A DNA stretch of 64,000 nucleotides from Escherichia phage teqhad, in the sequence record NC_054933.1; one strand, given 5' to 3'. This document shows positions 27,840 to 37,712 of this stretch, piece by piece. The notes beneath the pieces were generated by a model. It had not been told where the DNA came from. It saw only the letters and a program-made list of their open reading frames with translations, and searched no databases. The position numbers and the translations under genes are program-made. The first letter of the stretch is position 1, and each line of letters opens with the position of its first letter.

Positions 27840-28688
27840 TTAATCAACTGCTATTGGATGAATAGCATTAAACTTATGAAATGCTTCTGATTTTTCTTTA
27901 CGTGAAACGCACATGCGAAGAACCTTTAATGGTTCGTCTTCTTCACCCAACGATTTTCGTTTTTCAATATTAGAAGTTTTCCAACGAGCTTGCTCTGGAA
28001 ACTCTCTATTAATCTGCTCAAGCGCTCTATTATGTTTAGAATTACTACGAATTGAACTGCACCCGCCAGGAGCTTGTGCTTTTCCAGATACAACTAGATA
28101 TTTGAACAAGGCCAAATGCGGATAACCTTGATTAATTAAATTGAGAAATGCATACATATCTTCGCATAAATCAATTTTTCCATACCCAATTTGTTCTGTC
28201 GTAAGTTTTCCGAGGTCATACCATGTATTCGTGAATCCATATGAATTTTCACGATAATTACCCCAAGATGAAGTAATTTTAAAAATAGGTAGACGAGCAT
28301 GGCCATGATAATACCCGCAATCCATGGCATCCTCAACATATTGAATCAATTCATAGAACTGTTCACGAGTCAATTGATTGACTTTATCTACGCAACGACG
28401 ATCATCTCTTTTTCGCATTGAACTCATACGAATAGTAGTATCATCGTCAATCATCCAGATTCGTTGACCTGCATACATATCGGTAATTGCTTTACGAGTA
28501 CCGGCAATTCCGTTTACATCATCAGGAATAGTTATAATTTTAGCTCTAGACCCATAAGCGTCATGATAAGCTTTTTCTTCATGTTCACGCACTACAATAT
28601 GCGGTTCATAATCAGTCGGAAACATATCAAGGGCAGAAACTGCCCCGACACGTTGATAACTTGGAATTACGAATTGAATCATTTCCAC
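27840..28688 (-). CDS. putative DNA glycosyltransferase (282 aa) at the beta-gt position
   Basis: Lies between uvsX and 42; has a hydrophobic DDD motif (IWMIDDDTTI) and does not resemble the 351 aa T4 beta-gt that I recall. Confidence 0.5.
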   Translation of the reverse strand: MEMIQFVIPSYQRVGAVSALDMFPTDYEPHIVVREHEEKAYHDAYGSRAKIITIPDDVNGIAGTRKAITDMYAGQRIWMIDDDTTIRMSSMRKRDDRRCVDKVNQLTREQFYELIQYVEDAMDCGYYHGHARLPIFKITSSWGNYRENSYGFTNTWYDLGKLTTEQIGYGKIDLCEDMYAFLNLINQGYPHLALFKYLVVSGKAQAPGGCSSIRSNSKHNRALEQINREFPEQARWKTSNIEKRKSLGEEDEPLKVLRMCVSRKEKSEAFHKFNAIHPIAVD

Positions 28689-29419
28689 TCACCTTTATAG
28701 TCTTTTTTCACAATATGAGTTTCGCCAGTATTCCACCAATGATCAACCAAATAAAAATGACGAGAATATACATGAAGACTTCCAACATTCCATATAATAG
28801 AACCTGCTTTATACTGACGAGTTGAATCGCCTGCATTCAAATCAGATACTAATTTATCTAATACGTATTTTTGCCATGCATAATCATTACGGAATCCGAA
28901 GACCACGTCATTTGAGCGCATGTTAACAACCGCATTAATTTTCTTGTCACGAATCAGATACTGTACGGTATTCGTACACATGAAATCTGACATACCATCT
29001 TTATTGTAGTCAAACTGCATAGATGGACGAGTATAAATCATGATACCACGCCGAGAATCAGGATTTTGACCAAGTTCAGCTAAACACATGTCATATTGAG
29101 CATAGTTATCTTCTGACCAGATAGCCCAACCATAATTCGAGTTAATTTCACCTTTAGAAGATGCTACTTGTTGCCAAATCTTCGGTGTTTCACCTGGAAT
29201 ATCTTTAACAAACAAGCTCTTAGATTTATACCATTCAAGTTCACGCTGAATGTATTCATCATTAAGAGCGCCAAAAATAAACGGTTCATCTGCTACAAAT
29301 GATGCGCCAATAATTTCAATAGTTTTAACACCAGTTTTATCAACTACGAAATCTTTTTCTTTTAATGCAAGCCCCAAATGAAGACGGATTTCTTCAACTG
29401 TCATAGAGTCACTAATCAT
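28679..29419 (-). CDS. 42: dCMP hydroxymethylase gp42 (246 aa)
   Basis: Thymidylate-synthase-like fold; 246 aa as T4 gp42. Confidence 0.9.
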   Translation of the reverse strand: MISDSMTVEEIRLHLGLALKEKDFVVDKTGVKTIEIIGASFVADEPFIFGALNDEYIQRELEWYKSKSLFVKDIPGETPKIWQQVASSKGEINSNYGWAIWSEDNYAQYDMCLAELGQNPDSRRGIMIYTRPSMQFDYNKDGMSDFMCTNTVQYLIRDKKINAVVNMRSNDVVFGFRNDYAWQKYVLDKLVSDLNAGDSTRQYKAGSIIWNVGSLHVYSRHFYLVDHWWNTGETHIVKKDYKGEWK

Positions 29420-29445
29420 TTAAACCTCAATTGATGCATTCATAT

Positions 29446-29577
29446 TTAAATTGTAACAGTAATAAACCCCACCCCTATGATAAGAGTTGGAATCATAGCA
29501 GGAACTGTTACGCTATAGTATATACTTATTATAACCATCAAGATTAAAAGCAATGCTGCTATAATTTTGCTTTTCAT
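29446..29577 (-). CDS. small membrane protein (43 aa)
   Basis: Hand-translated MKSKIIAALLLILMVIISIYYSVTVPAMIPTLIIGVGFITVTI; ATGA overlap with the imm stop. Confidence 0.35.
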   Translation of the reverse strand: MKSKIIAALLLILMVIISIYYSVTVPAMIPTLIIGVGFITVTI

Positions 29578-29825
29578 TCTTTCTCTCTGATGATAATTAC
29601 CTGATTTGGCTGTGCAGACTTTTTAGTTTCACCAGCAATTGACCAAATAAATGTAATAAACCAACCAATAATTGACCAGTTAAACAGTAAAGATGTGAAA
29701 AAGATTCCTACTGTCGATTTTGACCCACGCATCAAGGCGATAAACCATGGAAGCATGTATATAATAATAGCCAACACACCTGAAACTAAAACCATAAAAA
29801 TTGAACCTGCTACTAAAGTTTCCAT
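29574..29825 (-). CDS. imm: Imm superinfection immunity membrane protein (83 aa)
   Basis: Two TM helices; 83 aa; directly upstream of gene 42. Confidence 0.7.
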   Translation of the reverse strand: METLVAGSIFMVLVSGVLAIIIYMLPWFIALMRGSKSTVGIFFTSLLFNWSIIGWFITFIWSIAGETKKSAQPNQVIIIREKE

Positions 29826-29832
29826 CTTTTCC

Positions 29833-30213
29833 TCACTTAGTCAAATTTTTTACGCATGAATTATAAGAATTCACTACATACTCCATCGGAGCATTTTTAC
29901 CAGTACGCCATTGGTAATTATTAGCCCAATTAGCCCAAATTTCGGCGCAGTAGTTTTCAATTTTTTCTTCGCGTGTAATTACATCAGAATTACGATATGC
30001 TTGAGCAGATTCATCTGGACGAATAGCTTCGTCAAAATTCGCCTGCATTTGTTCGACTGTTTGCTTTGGAGCTTCTTTATAACACTTGACATTAGGATTA
30101 TAAAATTTGCTTGAACAGTTTACAATTTTTCCTACATCAGACTGATTTACTACCGGTCCTTGAGCTACACAACCAGTAAGACCTAATGCAATAACCAAAA
30201 TAGCGATTTTCAT
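29833..30213 (-). CDS. putative lipoprotein (126 aa)
   Basis: Signal peptide with lipobox LGLTGC. Confidence 0.55.
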   Translation of the reverse strand: MKIAILVIALGLTGCVAQGPVVNQSDVGKIVNCSSKFYNPNVKCYKEAPKQTVEQMQANFDEAIRPDESAQAYRNSDVITREEKIENYCAEIWANWANNYQWRTGKNAPMEYVVNSYNSCVKNLTK

Positions 30214-30223
30214 AATAATTTCC

Positions 30224-30460
30224 TCAAATGCAAGTAGTAATTACTCCAGTAGTGCTTATGCAGGTATTACCCATTTGCACACCTAAAGATCCATTTGTAT
30301 TCACATGAAGATTATCATCAATTTTTGTTGATACTTTACCATTCATGTGAATAACAGTATTAGATTCAATCACATTCTGAGTATCATTTTCAATATCAAT
30401 AAATGAAACAGCTGCTAATGCAACTAAACACACTGCTAAGCAACCATAAACAATTTTCAT
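30224..30460 (-). CDS. small secreted protein (78 aa)
   Basis: Track ORF starts at TTG in the conserved leader; ATG at 30460 after GGAGAATAAA; N-terminal signal-like segment. Confidence 0.5.
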   Translation of the reverse strand: MKIVYGCLAVCLVALAAVSFIDIENDTQNVIESNTVIHMNGKVSTKIDDNLHVNTNGSLGVQMGNTCISTTGVITTCI

Positions 30461-30491
30461 TTTATTCTCCAAATCCGTATTAGTTGATAGT

Positions 30492-30524
30492 TGTATAGTA
30501 CCACAGAGGAACAGTCTTGTAAAC
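30492..30524 (-). promoter_or_regulatory. T4-type early promoter
   Basis: Minus strand GTTTACAAGACTGTTCCTCTGTGGTACTATAC. Confidence 0.55.
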
Positions 30525-30605
30525 AGTTTTGTGAAAAATTTTTTAGGGAATTCTAAAGGTCCAGAATCATCTGTTTTTCATAAGTATAGATTTATATTAC
30601 TTGTA

Positions 30606-30630
30606 TGAAAAAGGGACCCGGAGGTCCCTA
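30606..30630 (-). terminator. intrinsic terminator (GGGACC-UCCG-GGUCCC plus U-tract) downstream of gene 43
   Basis: Minus-strand RNA AGGGACCUCCGGGUCCCUUUUUCAU. Confidence 0.6.
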
Positions 30631-30641
30631 GATTTATTCTA

Positions 30642-33338
30642 TCAGCCAAACAGGAAGTCTAACGAAGCTTTTTCTTCATAGTCCATACCAGCCGATTCAC
30701 ACATACCCGCAAGCGGTTTAACAAACGATTTTTGGAACAAAGTTGAGTAGTCAATCCAAGACAGTACATCAGAACGAATTTCTTTTGGAAGTTCTGTGCC
30801 CGACGGCCAAGCAATGCACTTGTCACCAAATGGATTTCCTTCACGCAATGGAAGAACCATTACCTTATTTCCATCCAAAATTGGAGCTACACCCAGACCA
30901 CTAACAGCTCGACGATAAGTTAGCACACCACGAATATGGAACGGGCATTTAAATCCTGGCCAACCTTTATCATCATATTTCGCTATATCGTTCGCAGTTT
31001 TTACTTCAGCAATAACTTTATAGTCAAGTTGACGATATTCTTTCTCGAAGTTTTTGTAATATTCTTGGACAGACTCTTCACCTTCCTGAAGAATACGACG
31101 AATACTTTCTTCGAGAGCTTCTTGCACTGCTTTTGGTGTTGAACTCTGCTGAGTTTCCATACCCATGATTTTTAGATGCGGTTCAGCAAATCGCTTATCT
31201 TCCATATCATAAACGTTCAGAGCATAACGCTTTTTCGCTTTCCAAAATCCGCCAATGCCCTTTGAACCAAGTGGAGGGCAAGAAATAGCTTCACGGTCCA
31301 TATGCATCAGATGCTCGCGGTTATTCATATAATCACATAACTCACGATATGCAACATCAATCATAGGTTCCATCTTTTTCTTACCGAACTGATTCATGAA
31401 TTCAACTAAATCGTTCTGCTCTTTGAATCGGTCAAGACCAACTTTTTCAATAACTTTATCTACGCAAACATATACCGAATCAGTATCACCTGCCGCGATG
31501 AAATCTTCACCATTAGTTCCGCATACTTTATTCAGATATTCATTAATTTTACGAGCAATCCACTGAATACCGACTTGACCAAAAATTGTGATAGCAGTAG
31601 CATTTCGCAAATCATAGTAACGGAAATGAATATTACCAAGAGCACCATAAAGACTGTTAATAAGAATTTTACGGTTCAGCTGATTTGTATTAGCAAGTGT
31701 AGCTGCTTTTTCACATTCCTCAATCAGACTATTGAGAACAGATTCAGTATAATTCGATAGTTCATTTAAGAAATCATCACTGAACTTAACATATCGTTCA
31801 ACTTCTGGTTTAGTTGAACAGGACCCTGCGCCTTTCATAATAATCTTTTTAATAGCTTCGGCATTCATTTCTTCAGCGAACATTTTCTTTTTCCAATCTT
31901 TACGCTGGAAAAATACTTTAGCGATTTCCTTTGGAATGATACCTTCTTGATGCTTATCATACATCCATCCATTCGGAGAACAAGAATATTCATCACTCGG
32001 TTTAGGAGCTGTTCCTGCGATATATTCATGAATTGGATAAACTTTAAACTGCCCACGAATAGTCTCAGGACTAATGTTAACCTGACGAATAATGCTCGGA
32101 TACAAAGACGTCAAGTCAAAACTCATAATATATCGACGAGCAATTGGTTTAGGTTCAAATACAAATGCACCCGGAAAACTCTGTTTAACGTGCGAACCTT
32201 GTTGAGGAATAACCTTGTGTTCACCTTTCAATGAGTTAAAAATAATAGCATCCCAGGTTTTAATAGGACTCATTACACCAGAAAAAGGCATTTTAGCGTA
32301 ATAAGACATACTTAAAACTAGATCGATAAACCCGCGAATTTTATCAATTGCTTGAACTGATTCTACGTCAATGATGTTATAACTAATGTATCGTTGATGA
32401 TTAGTCTCACGAAGTTTATTAATAGGACCGTCGTATGGTAATTTACCTTTTTTGGTTTCATGTTGAGCAACTGATTCCAAAGAGAATGACGGCAAATTAG
32501 TAAATGCGAATTTCTTATACAAATCTAAATAATCAAGAATAGATACGCCATCAATAGAATAAATTTCTTTGCTACCGTACATATTTTGGATAAGTTTAGA
32601 TTTTACTCGACCGATTGGAGAGAAGCGTTTCATACTACGTTCACCGAGAACCATTTTAACGCGATTCATGATATACGGAACGTCAAATCCCTCAATATTC
32701 CAACCAGTAAAAATAGCAGGTCGTTTCTGTTCCCAGAGATTGATATATTCCATGAGCATATCACGCTCATTATCGAATGGCATATAAATTACTCGGTCAA
32801 GAATTTCTTGAGGAACTTCATCACCACCTTCACAGTCAAGCTTAGCAGCTAACTTTGCATCCCATTTTGATACTGAACCATACATTGAATTCAAAAGGTC
32901 GAAAACATAAAAACGATCATCAATTGAATCGTAATGAGTGATAGCATCAATTTCATATTCAGCTTTCATTGGGTCAGGAAATTTATCACCAGTAACCTCA
33001 ATGTCACAGTTAGCTACACGAACAAATTTTCGGTCATAAACAATTTCTGAACCGTATGTATCACTGATATAAGCGAGTTTAAAATCGTTCATACCGAGAG
33101 CTTCGAGACCGATGTCTTCCATTCGTTTCATCCAATCTCGAGCATCTTTCATTGATGGAAATTTTTGAGGAGCGCAGTTTTTACCATAGATGTCTTTGTA
33201 CTTTGACTCTTCCTTACAATGCCTAAACATAGTTGGAAGATATTCTACTTCACGAGTACGTTCCTTTCCATTTTCATCAATATAACGTTCAACAATATTA
33301 TTTCCGACTGTTTCAATAGAGATATAAAATTCTTTCAT
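30642..33338 (-). CDS. 43: DNA polymerase gp43 (family B, 898 aa)
   Basis: 898 aa; exonuclease and polymerase motifs (...YGDTDS...). Confidence 0.95.
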   Translation of the reverse strand: MKEFYISIETVGNNIVERYIDENGKERTREVEYLPTMFRHCKEESKYKDIYGKNCAPQKFPSMKDARDWMKRMEDIGLEALGMNDFKLAYISDTYGSEIVYDRKFVRVANCDIEVTGDKFPDPMKAEYEIDAITHYDSIDDRFYVFDLLNSMYGSVSKWDAKLAAKLDCEGGDEVPQEILDRVIYMPFDNERDMLMEYINLWEQKRPAIFTGWNIEGFDVPYIMNRVKMVLGERSMKRFSPIGRVKSKLIQNMYGSKEIYSIDGVSILDYLDLYKKFAFTNLPSFSLESVAQHETKKGKLPYDGPINKLRETNHQRYISYNIIDVESVQAIDKIRGFIDLVLSMSYYAKMPFSGVMSPIKTWDAIIFNSLKGEHKVIPQQGSHVKQSFPGAFVFEPKPIARRYIMSFDLTSLYPSIIRQVNISPETIRGQFKVYPIHEYIAGTAPKPSDEYSCSPNGWMYDKHQEGIIPKEIAKVFFQRKDWKKKMFAEEMNAEAIKKIIMKGAGSCSTKPEVERYVKFSDDFLNELSNYTESVLNSLIEECEKAATLANTNQLNRKILINSLYGALGNIHFRYYDLRNATAITIFGQVGIQWIARKINEYLNKVCGTNGEDFIAAGDTDSVYVCVDKVIEKVGLDRFKEQNDLVEFMNQFGKKKMEPMIDVAYRELCDYMNNREHLMHMDREAISCPPLGSKGIGGFWKAKKRYALNVYDMEDKRFAEPHLKIMGMETQQSSTPKAVQEALEESIRRILQEGEESVQEYYKNFEKEYRQLDYKVIAEVKTANDIAKYDDKGWPGFKCPFHIRGVLTYRRAVSGLGVAPILDGNKVMVLPLREGNPFGDKCIAWPSGTELPKEIRSDVLSWIDYSTLFQKSFVKPLAGMCESAGMDYEEKASLDFLFG

Positions 33339-33394
33339 AGATATTCCTTAGTTTATAGCCCGAGTTATTAGGCTCTTGATATATTATACTCCAA

Positions 33395-33416
33395 ATAAGG
33401 GGCCGAAGCCCCTTTG
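33395..33416 (-). terminator. hairpin GGGGC-UUCG-GCCCC
   Basis: Immediately 3' of the 33419..33655 ORF. Confidence 0.45.
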
Positions 33417-33418
33417 CT

Positions 33419-33655
33419 TTAAATTTCTATTGTACGACGCGATATAACGGACTTGCCATCTGTATTTGTGGTTTTGATAATCGCATGAAATGCGCGTTGG
33501 CGTGGGTAAACTAATCGTTGGAATTCTTTTTGGAATTCTATTTGTTTATCTTCCGGGAGGTCAAAAACCAGTTGGGTAGAAGACAGACCATATGTTTGTT
33601 TTAGATTTTCGAATATTAGAAAAGCTTCGGTAAACTGAATCTCTGATTGTGTCAT
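33419..33655 (-). CDS. hypothetical protein (78 aa) between regA and 43
   Basis: Track ORF 33419..33706; an internal ATG is chosen to avoid overlap with regA. Confidence 0.4.
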   Translation of the reverse strand: MTQSEIQFTEAFLIFENLKQTYGLSSTQLVFDLPEDKQIEFQKEFQRLVYPRQRAFHAIIKTTNTDGKSVISRRTIEI

Positions 33656-33665
33656 ATAATTTACC

Positions 33666-34034
33666 TTAATTACCAATCGTATATTTAGGAACGAGTTTCC
33701 ATTCATGTTTTTGTTTAAAAGAAATAACTCGGAAGTTATTAGTTAAATCTTTCATAAAAGTTCTTTGTCCAGGAACGATTTCAATCAGTCCCCAATCTTC
33801 TAACAGCCATGCAATCGAATCACGACGAACTTCATCTTCTTCTGTCATTTCAACTTGACGGCCATCCATACGAAGCATTTCTTTAAAATGAACGATATAG
33901 TATAGTCCTTTTTTCTGAAGAATATGACAGGACTGATACAGAACTTTATCTTTATTATTAGCAATTCCCATACGAGTCAAAGTTTCTTTTACTTTCAGAA
34001 AATCTTCAGGTTTTTTAAGAGTAATTTCAATCAT
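33666..34034 (-). CDS. regA: RegA translational repressor (122 aa)
   Basis: 122 aa, MIEITLKKPEDFLKVKETLTRMG... Confidence 0.85.
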   Translation of the reverse strand: MIEITLKKPEDFLKVKETLTRMGIANNKDKVLYQSCHILQKKGLYYIVHFKEMLRMDGRQVEMTEEDEVRRDSIAWLLEDWGLIEIVPGQRTFMKDLTNNFRVISFKQKHEWKLVPKYTIGN

Positions 34035-34035
34035 T

Positions 34036-34599
34036 TTACCATTCCAATGCTAGTTTTTTGAGTTGTTTCTGTTCTTTTACGTTCTTAGTCACTTCTTTTA
34101 AAAAATCATCCGTGACTAATCCTTTAAGTTCTTTTAATACTAAAGGTAGTTTTCCATTTTTAGTAAGAATTGATTTATAGTTAATTGCATCATTTGTGTT
34201 AACTTGATACCGCTTAGCAAGTAACTTAATAATCAATACTTCGGTGGAATCTTCAACTAGTTTTGCCCATTTACCATATCTTTTACCACGAGGAACTGCA
34301 GCCATCAGATAATTAAAATGGGCTTCATCGCTTAAACCTGATCCAATTAAATTCATAGCATATACAGCTGGCATGCACTCCGGAAATTGTGATAATGCAT
34401 TTTCAACCATGAATTTTGAATAATCTTTTTGAGCAATAGAGCATTTAGTTTTATTATTAATAGCTCCAATTATTTCAAAAAACTCATTTTCAGCTTTTTC
34501 TTTAAAAGAATCAGCAGCGGATTGGACAGCTGTCCAATCTTTTGAATACCAAGCAACTTGATGCTCGTTTAATTGAATATCATCTTCAAATAAGCTCAT
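34036..34599 (-). CDS. 62: clamp loader small subunit gp62 (187 aa)
   Basis: Internal ATG ([22 protein letters not shown]...) chosen over the longer track ORF. Confidence 0.85.
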   Translation of the reverse strand: MSLFEDDIQLNEHQVAWYSKDWTAVQSAADSFKEKAENEFFEIIGAINNKTKCSIAQKDYSKFMVENALSQFPECMPAVYAMNLIGSGLSDEAHFNYLMAAVPRGKRYGKWAKLVEDSTEVLIIKLLAKRYQVNTNDAINYKSILTKNGKLPLVLKELKGLVTDDFLKEVTKNVKEQKQLKKLALEW

Positions 34600-34600
34600 A

Positions 34601-35560
34601 TCACTTCCACTGCATTTCACATGCTAATTGAATGAAAAGATAAGCTAAATGCAATTCAGTATTAGCTGCAATACCATGATACTGATTATTTTCGCCGACA
34701 ATTTCGTACATACGAATAATACTCTGTGGAGTTACACGTGAATAGATTTCTTCGGCAAGTTTACCCACGAACCACGAATAATCGGCTGCATATTTTGGTG
34801 CTAAAGCTCTGAGTTGTTTAACATCTTTATTTTTGAGAGACTCAAGAACATCATCAATAGCACCACGATCGTTAGTAACCAGTGATAAAATACCAGCATC
34901 CAAAACACCTTTAGATGAATAACTATCGAGCTCGCCAATAGTTTTACGAAAATCAGGAAAATTCTTTTTAACCAAAGCTGCTACAACTTTCATATCAGCT
35001 ATAGCAATTCCTTCATGCTTACAGATTTCAGTCAATCGACGAATCATCTGCTTCATCATTTCAATTTTATCTTCATCGGTCGGTTGACCGAATGTAATAA
35101 CTCGACAGCGTGACTGAAGTGGTTTAATAATACCATCAATATTGTTAGCAGTAATAATAATACTACAGTTTGAACTATAAGCTTCCATAAAGGAACGAAG
35201 ATGTCGCTGAGACTCTGCTAACCCTGAGCGGTCAAATTCATCAATAACGATTACTTTTTGACGACCATCAAATGAAGCGGCGCTGGCAAAATTAGTCAAA
35301 GGACCACGAACGAAATCAATTTTACAATCTGATCCATTCACAAACATCATATCAGCATTTACATCATGACACAATGCTTTTGCTACAGTTGTTTTACCTG
35401 TTCCTGGAGAAGGAGAATGAAGAATAATATGTGGAATCTTACCTTTACTTGTAATAGATTTAAAGGTTTCTTTATCAAAGGCGGGAAGAATACATTCATC
35501 GATAGTAGATGGACGATATTTCTGTTCAAGAATGTGTTCTTTTTCATTTACGGTAATCAT
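34601..35560 (-). CDS. 44: clamp loader large subunit gp44 (AAA+, 319 aa)
   Basis: Walker A GTGKTT; the second ATG follows GAGGAAATT. Confidence 0.9.
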
Positions 35561-35591
35561 AATTTCCTCATTCAAGTTTTAGTGTAAATTA

Positions 35592-35610
35592 TAAAGGGCC
35601 GAAGCCCTCT
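35592..35610 (-). terminator. hairpin GGGC-UUCG-GCCC downstream of gene 45
   Basis: Minus-strand RNA AGGGCUUCGGCCCUUUAUAAUUU. Confidence 0.5.
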
Positions 35611-35611
35611 A

Positions 35612-36298
35612 TTAAAAATCGTGGGTAGAATCAGCTTCAAGAGCTACTACATAATTCGCATGTTCACCTTCAAATTTAGCAGCACCTTGTTTACCTTTTG
35701 CCCAGAGCAGAAGTTTATAATTTCCTGGTTGCATTTTCATATTTGCCATATTGATAATGAAATTAAATGTATTTTCACCATCATAATCACCAAGAGTCAA
35801 AGAATATTTAACACGGGTCAGAGCAGAATCTTCTACTTTATTAAAACCGTTAATTACGATTTTACCTTCTTTTACCGTGATAGCAATTGTATCAATTTGC
35901 AGACCACGAGATACACGCAACAGCTGTTGAAGGTCTTCAGCTTTAATTTCAGTAACAACAGATGCTACCGGGAATGGAATTGGTTTATTAGGAGCAACTA
36001 CTGTACTCGGATCGGCTGCTGGCCAAAAAATTGTTGAACGAGCATCAGCAATTTTAATATTTCCATCTTCTGACTGGGAAATTTCTGCATCATCATTAAC
36101 TAGAGACAGAATACCGAGAAAACCGTTCAAATCGTAAATTGCTACATCAAAATCAATAGTGTCAGAAATATTTGCTTCCGCATAAGTTGTACCATTAACT
36201 GCACGAGTCATAATAAATTGACCTGATTTAAGCATAATACCAGAGTTAATAGTAGCGAAATTTTTAAGCAGAGCAGTAGTATCTTTAGACAGTTTCAT
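35612..36298 (-). CDS. 45: sliding clamp gp45 (228 aa)
   Basis: 228 aa, MKLSKDTTALLKNFATINSGIM... Confidence 0.9.
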   Translation of the reverse strand: MKLSKDTTALLKNFATINSGIMLKSGQFIMTRAVNGTTYAEANISDTIDFDVAIYDLNGFLGILSLVNDDAEISQSEDGNIKIADARSTIFWPAADPSTVVAPNKPIPFPVASVVTEIKAEDLQQLLRVSRGLQIDTIAITVKEGKIVINGFNKVEDSALTRVKYSLTLGDYDGENTFNFIINMANMKMQPGNYKLLLWAKGKQGAAKFEGEHANYVVALEADSTHDF

Positions 36299-36353
36299 GT
36301 AATTTCCTTCAATTCAAATGAGATTTAATTTTATAACTAATTTAATAAAGCAA

Positions 36354-36743
36354 TTAACGATTAAAATCAGCCGCAATTGTTTCCGCAACAATTTGTGCAG
36401 CAACAATTAGACGTTCATCTGCATTACCGCAATAATCATCTTCAAGGCGTTCACCGCATGAAGTCATAATAAATTTAGCACCGGCGTTTAGGGATTCTGT
36501 AGTATGTTTGCGCATTAATTCAATCCATTTATTACTTACTTCACGATCGATAGCTTCATAATACGCATGACGAGCAGGTGCAGATTTAATTTTGTTCTGA
36601 ATAACTTCCATTGCATTATCAGAAAGAGACAAAACCCATGCTCGACGAATTTTATTTTGGTTTTGTGGATTTGATTCAGAACGCACGTGTTTTGGCTGAA
36701 TATCTTTTACATCAACAGTATAATTCACAGTAATTTTAGTCAT
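36354..36743 (-). CDS. rpbA: RpbA-like RNA polymerase binding protein (129 aa)
   Basis: 129 aa ORF directly downstream of gene 45. Confidence 0.65.
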
Positions 36744-36752
36744 AATACACCT

Positions 36753-36944
36753 TTAGTCATAATAATCAGTAACAGTCCAAGCTTCATTTCTATTGGACAT
36801 TATTTTTGTATATTCTGCTTTAAATGCATTCCTAAGCATAGATTCAGTAACTATATGCTCTTCATTAGAAAAATTATTTCTCAGAATATATCGTTTTATT
36901 TCAGGAAAAGTTAATAGATGCTGTCCGGTTGAATATTCTGCCAC
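36753..36944 (-). CDS. 45.2-like small protein (63 aa)
   Basis: Track ORF. Confidence 0.5.
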   Translation of the reverse strand: MAEYSTGQHLLTFPEIKRYILRNNFSNEEHIVTESMLRNAFKAEYTKIMSNRNEAWTVTDYYD

Positions 36945-36954
36945 AGTTCCTCCG

Positions 36955-36962
36955 TATAAATA
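36955..36962 (+). promoter_or_regulatory. late promoter TATAAATA (plus strand) upstream of the HNH endonuclease gene
   Basis: Exact TATAAATA 33 nt upstream of the ATG at 36996. Confidence 0.55.
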
Positions 36963-36995
36963 TGTTTATCACTCGCTGTATCAAAAGGATATGTT

Positions 36996-37712
36996 ATGAA
37001 TTATAAACTAATTTATGAAAAGTTAATCTCTAATGCTAAATCTCGAAAACTTGATTGCTATACTGAATCTCATCACATTATACCACGCTGTTTAAATGGC
37101 AGCGATGATGCTTCAAACTTAGTAGAGTTAACACCAGAAGAGCACTATGTAGCTCATCAACTTTTAGTAAAAATTTATCCTTCTGAACCAAAATTAGTCT
37201 ATGCTGCTAACATGATGACAGTTTCCACGAAATACGCTAAACGCAACAATAAAACTTTCGGTTGGATTCGTCGTAAACTCTGGGAAATAGAAAAGAACAA
37301 AGAATTCTCCCAGGAGACACGAAAGAAAATGTCTGATGCAGTAGCTAATAAAGCAAGACTAACTTGTCCTCATTGCGGTAAGTCTGGATTAAGCGGGAAT
37401 ATGAATCGTTGGCATTTTGATAACTGCCCAAATCACCCTAATCCTAAAGTTAGACCACCAATGTCTAAAGAACACAGAAATAATATCTCAAACGGACTTA
37501 AAGCAATCGTTCTTGAAGAAACATCCTGCGAATTCTGCGGAATGATAGGCAAGAAATGCGTTATCGCAGCGCATAGAAATTTCTGCAAGAAAAATCCAAA
37601 TGGACGCAAGAAAACTGAAAAGACTGGTACTTGCGTCCATTGTGGTAAAGTTACCACTTTCGGAAATTTATCAAGATGGCATAATGATAACTGTAAATAT
37701 AAACCTAGCTAA
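36996..37712 (+). mobile_element. free-standing HNH homing endonuclease gene (238 aa) on the opposite strand, with repeated CxxC zinc-ribbon motifs
   Basis: HNH motif ...ESHHIIPRCLNGSDDASNLVELTPEEHYVAHQ...; C-terminal repeats CPHCGKSGLSGNMNRWHFDNC and CVHCGKVTTFGNLSRWHNDNC. Confidence 0.8.

Noticed and set aside
30659-33338. Small ORFs nested in gene 43 on either strand (e.g. 30659..30844, 31865..32056, 30936..31142)
   Set aside because: Embedded in the DNA polymerase frame; no independent signals.
35621-36037. Plus-strand 138-aa ORF antisense to gene 45
   Set aside because: Shadow ORF opposite a highly conserved gene.
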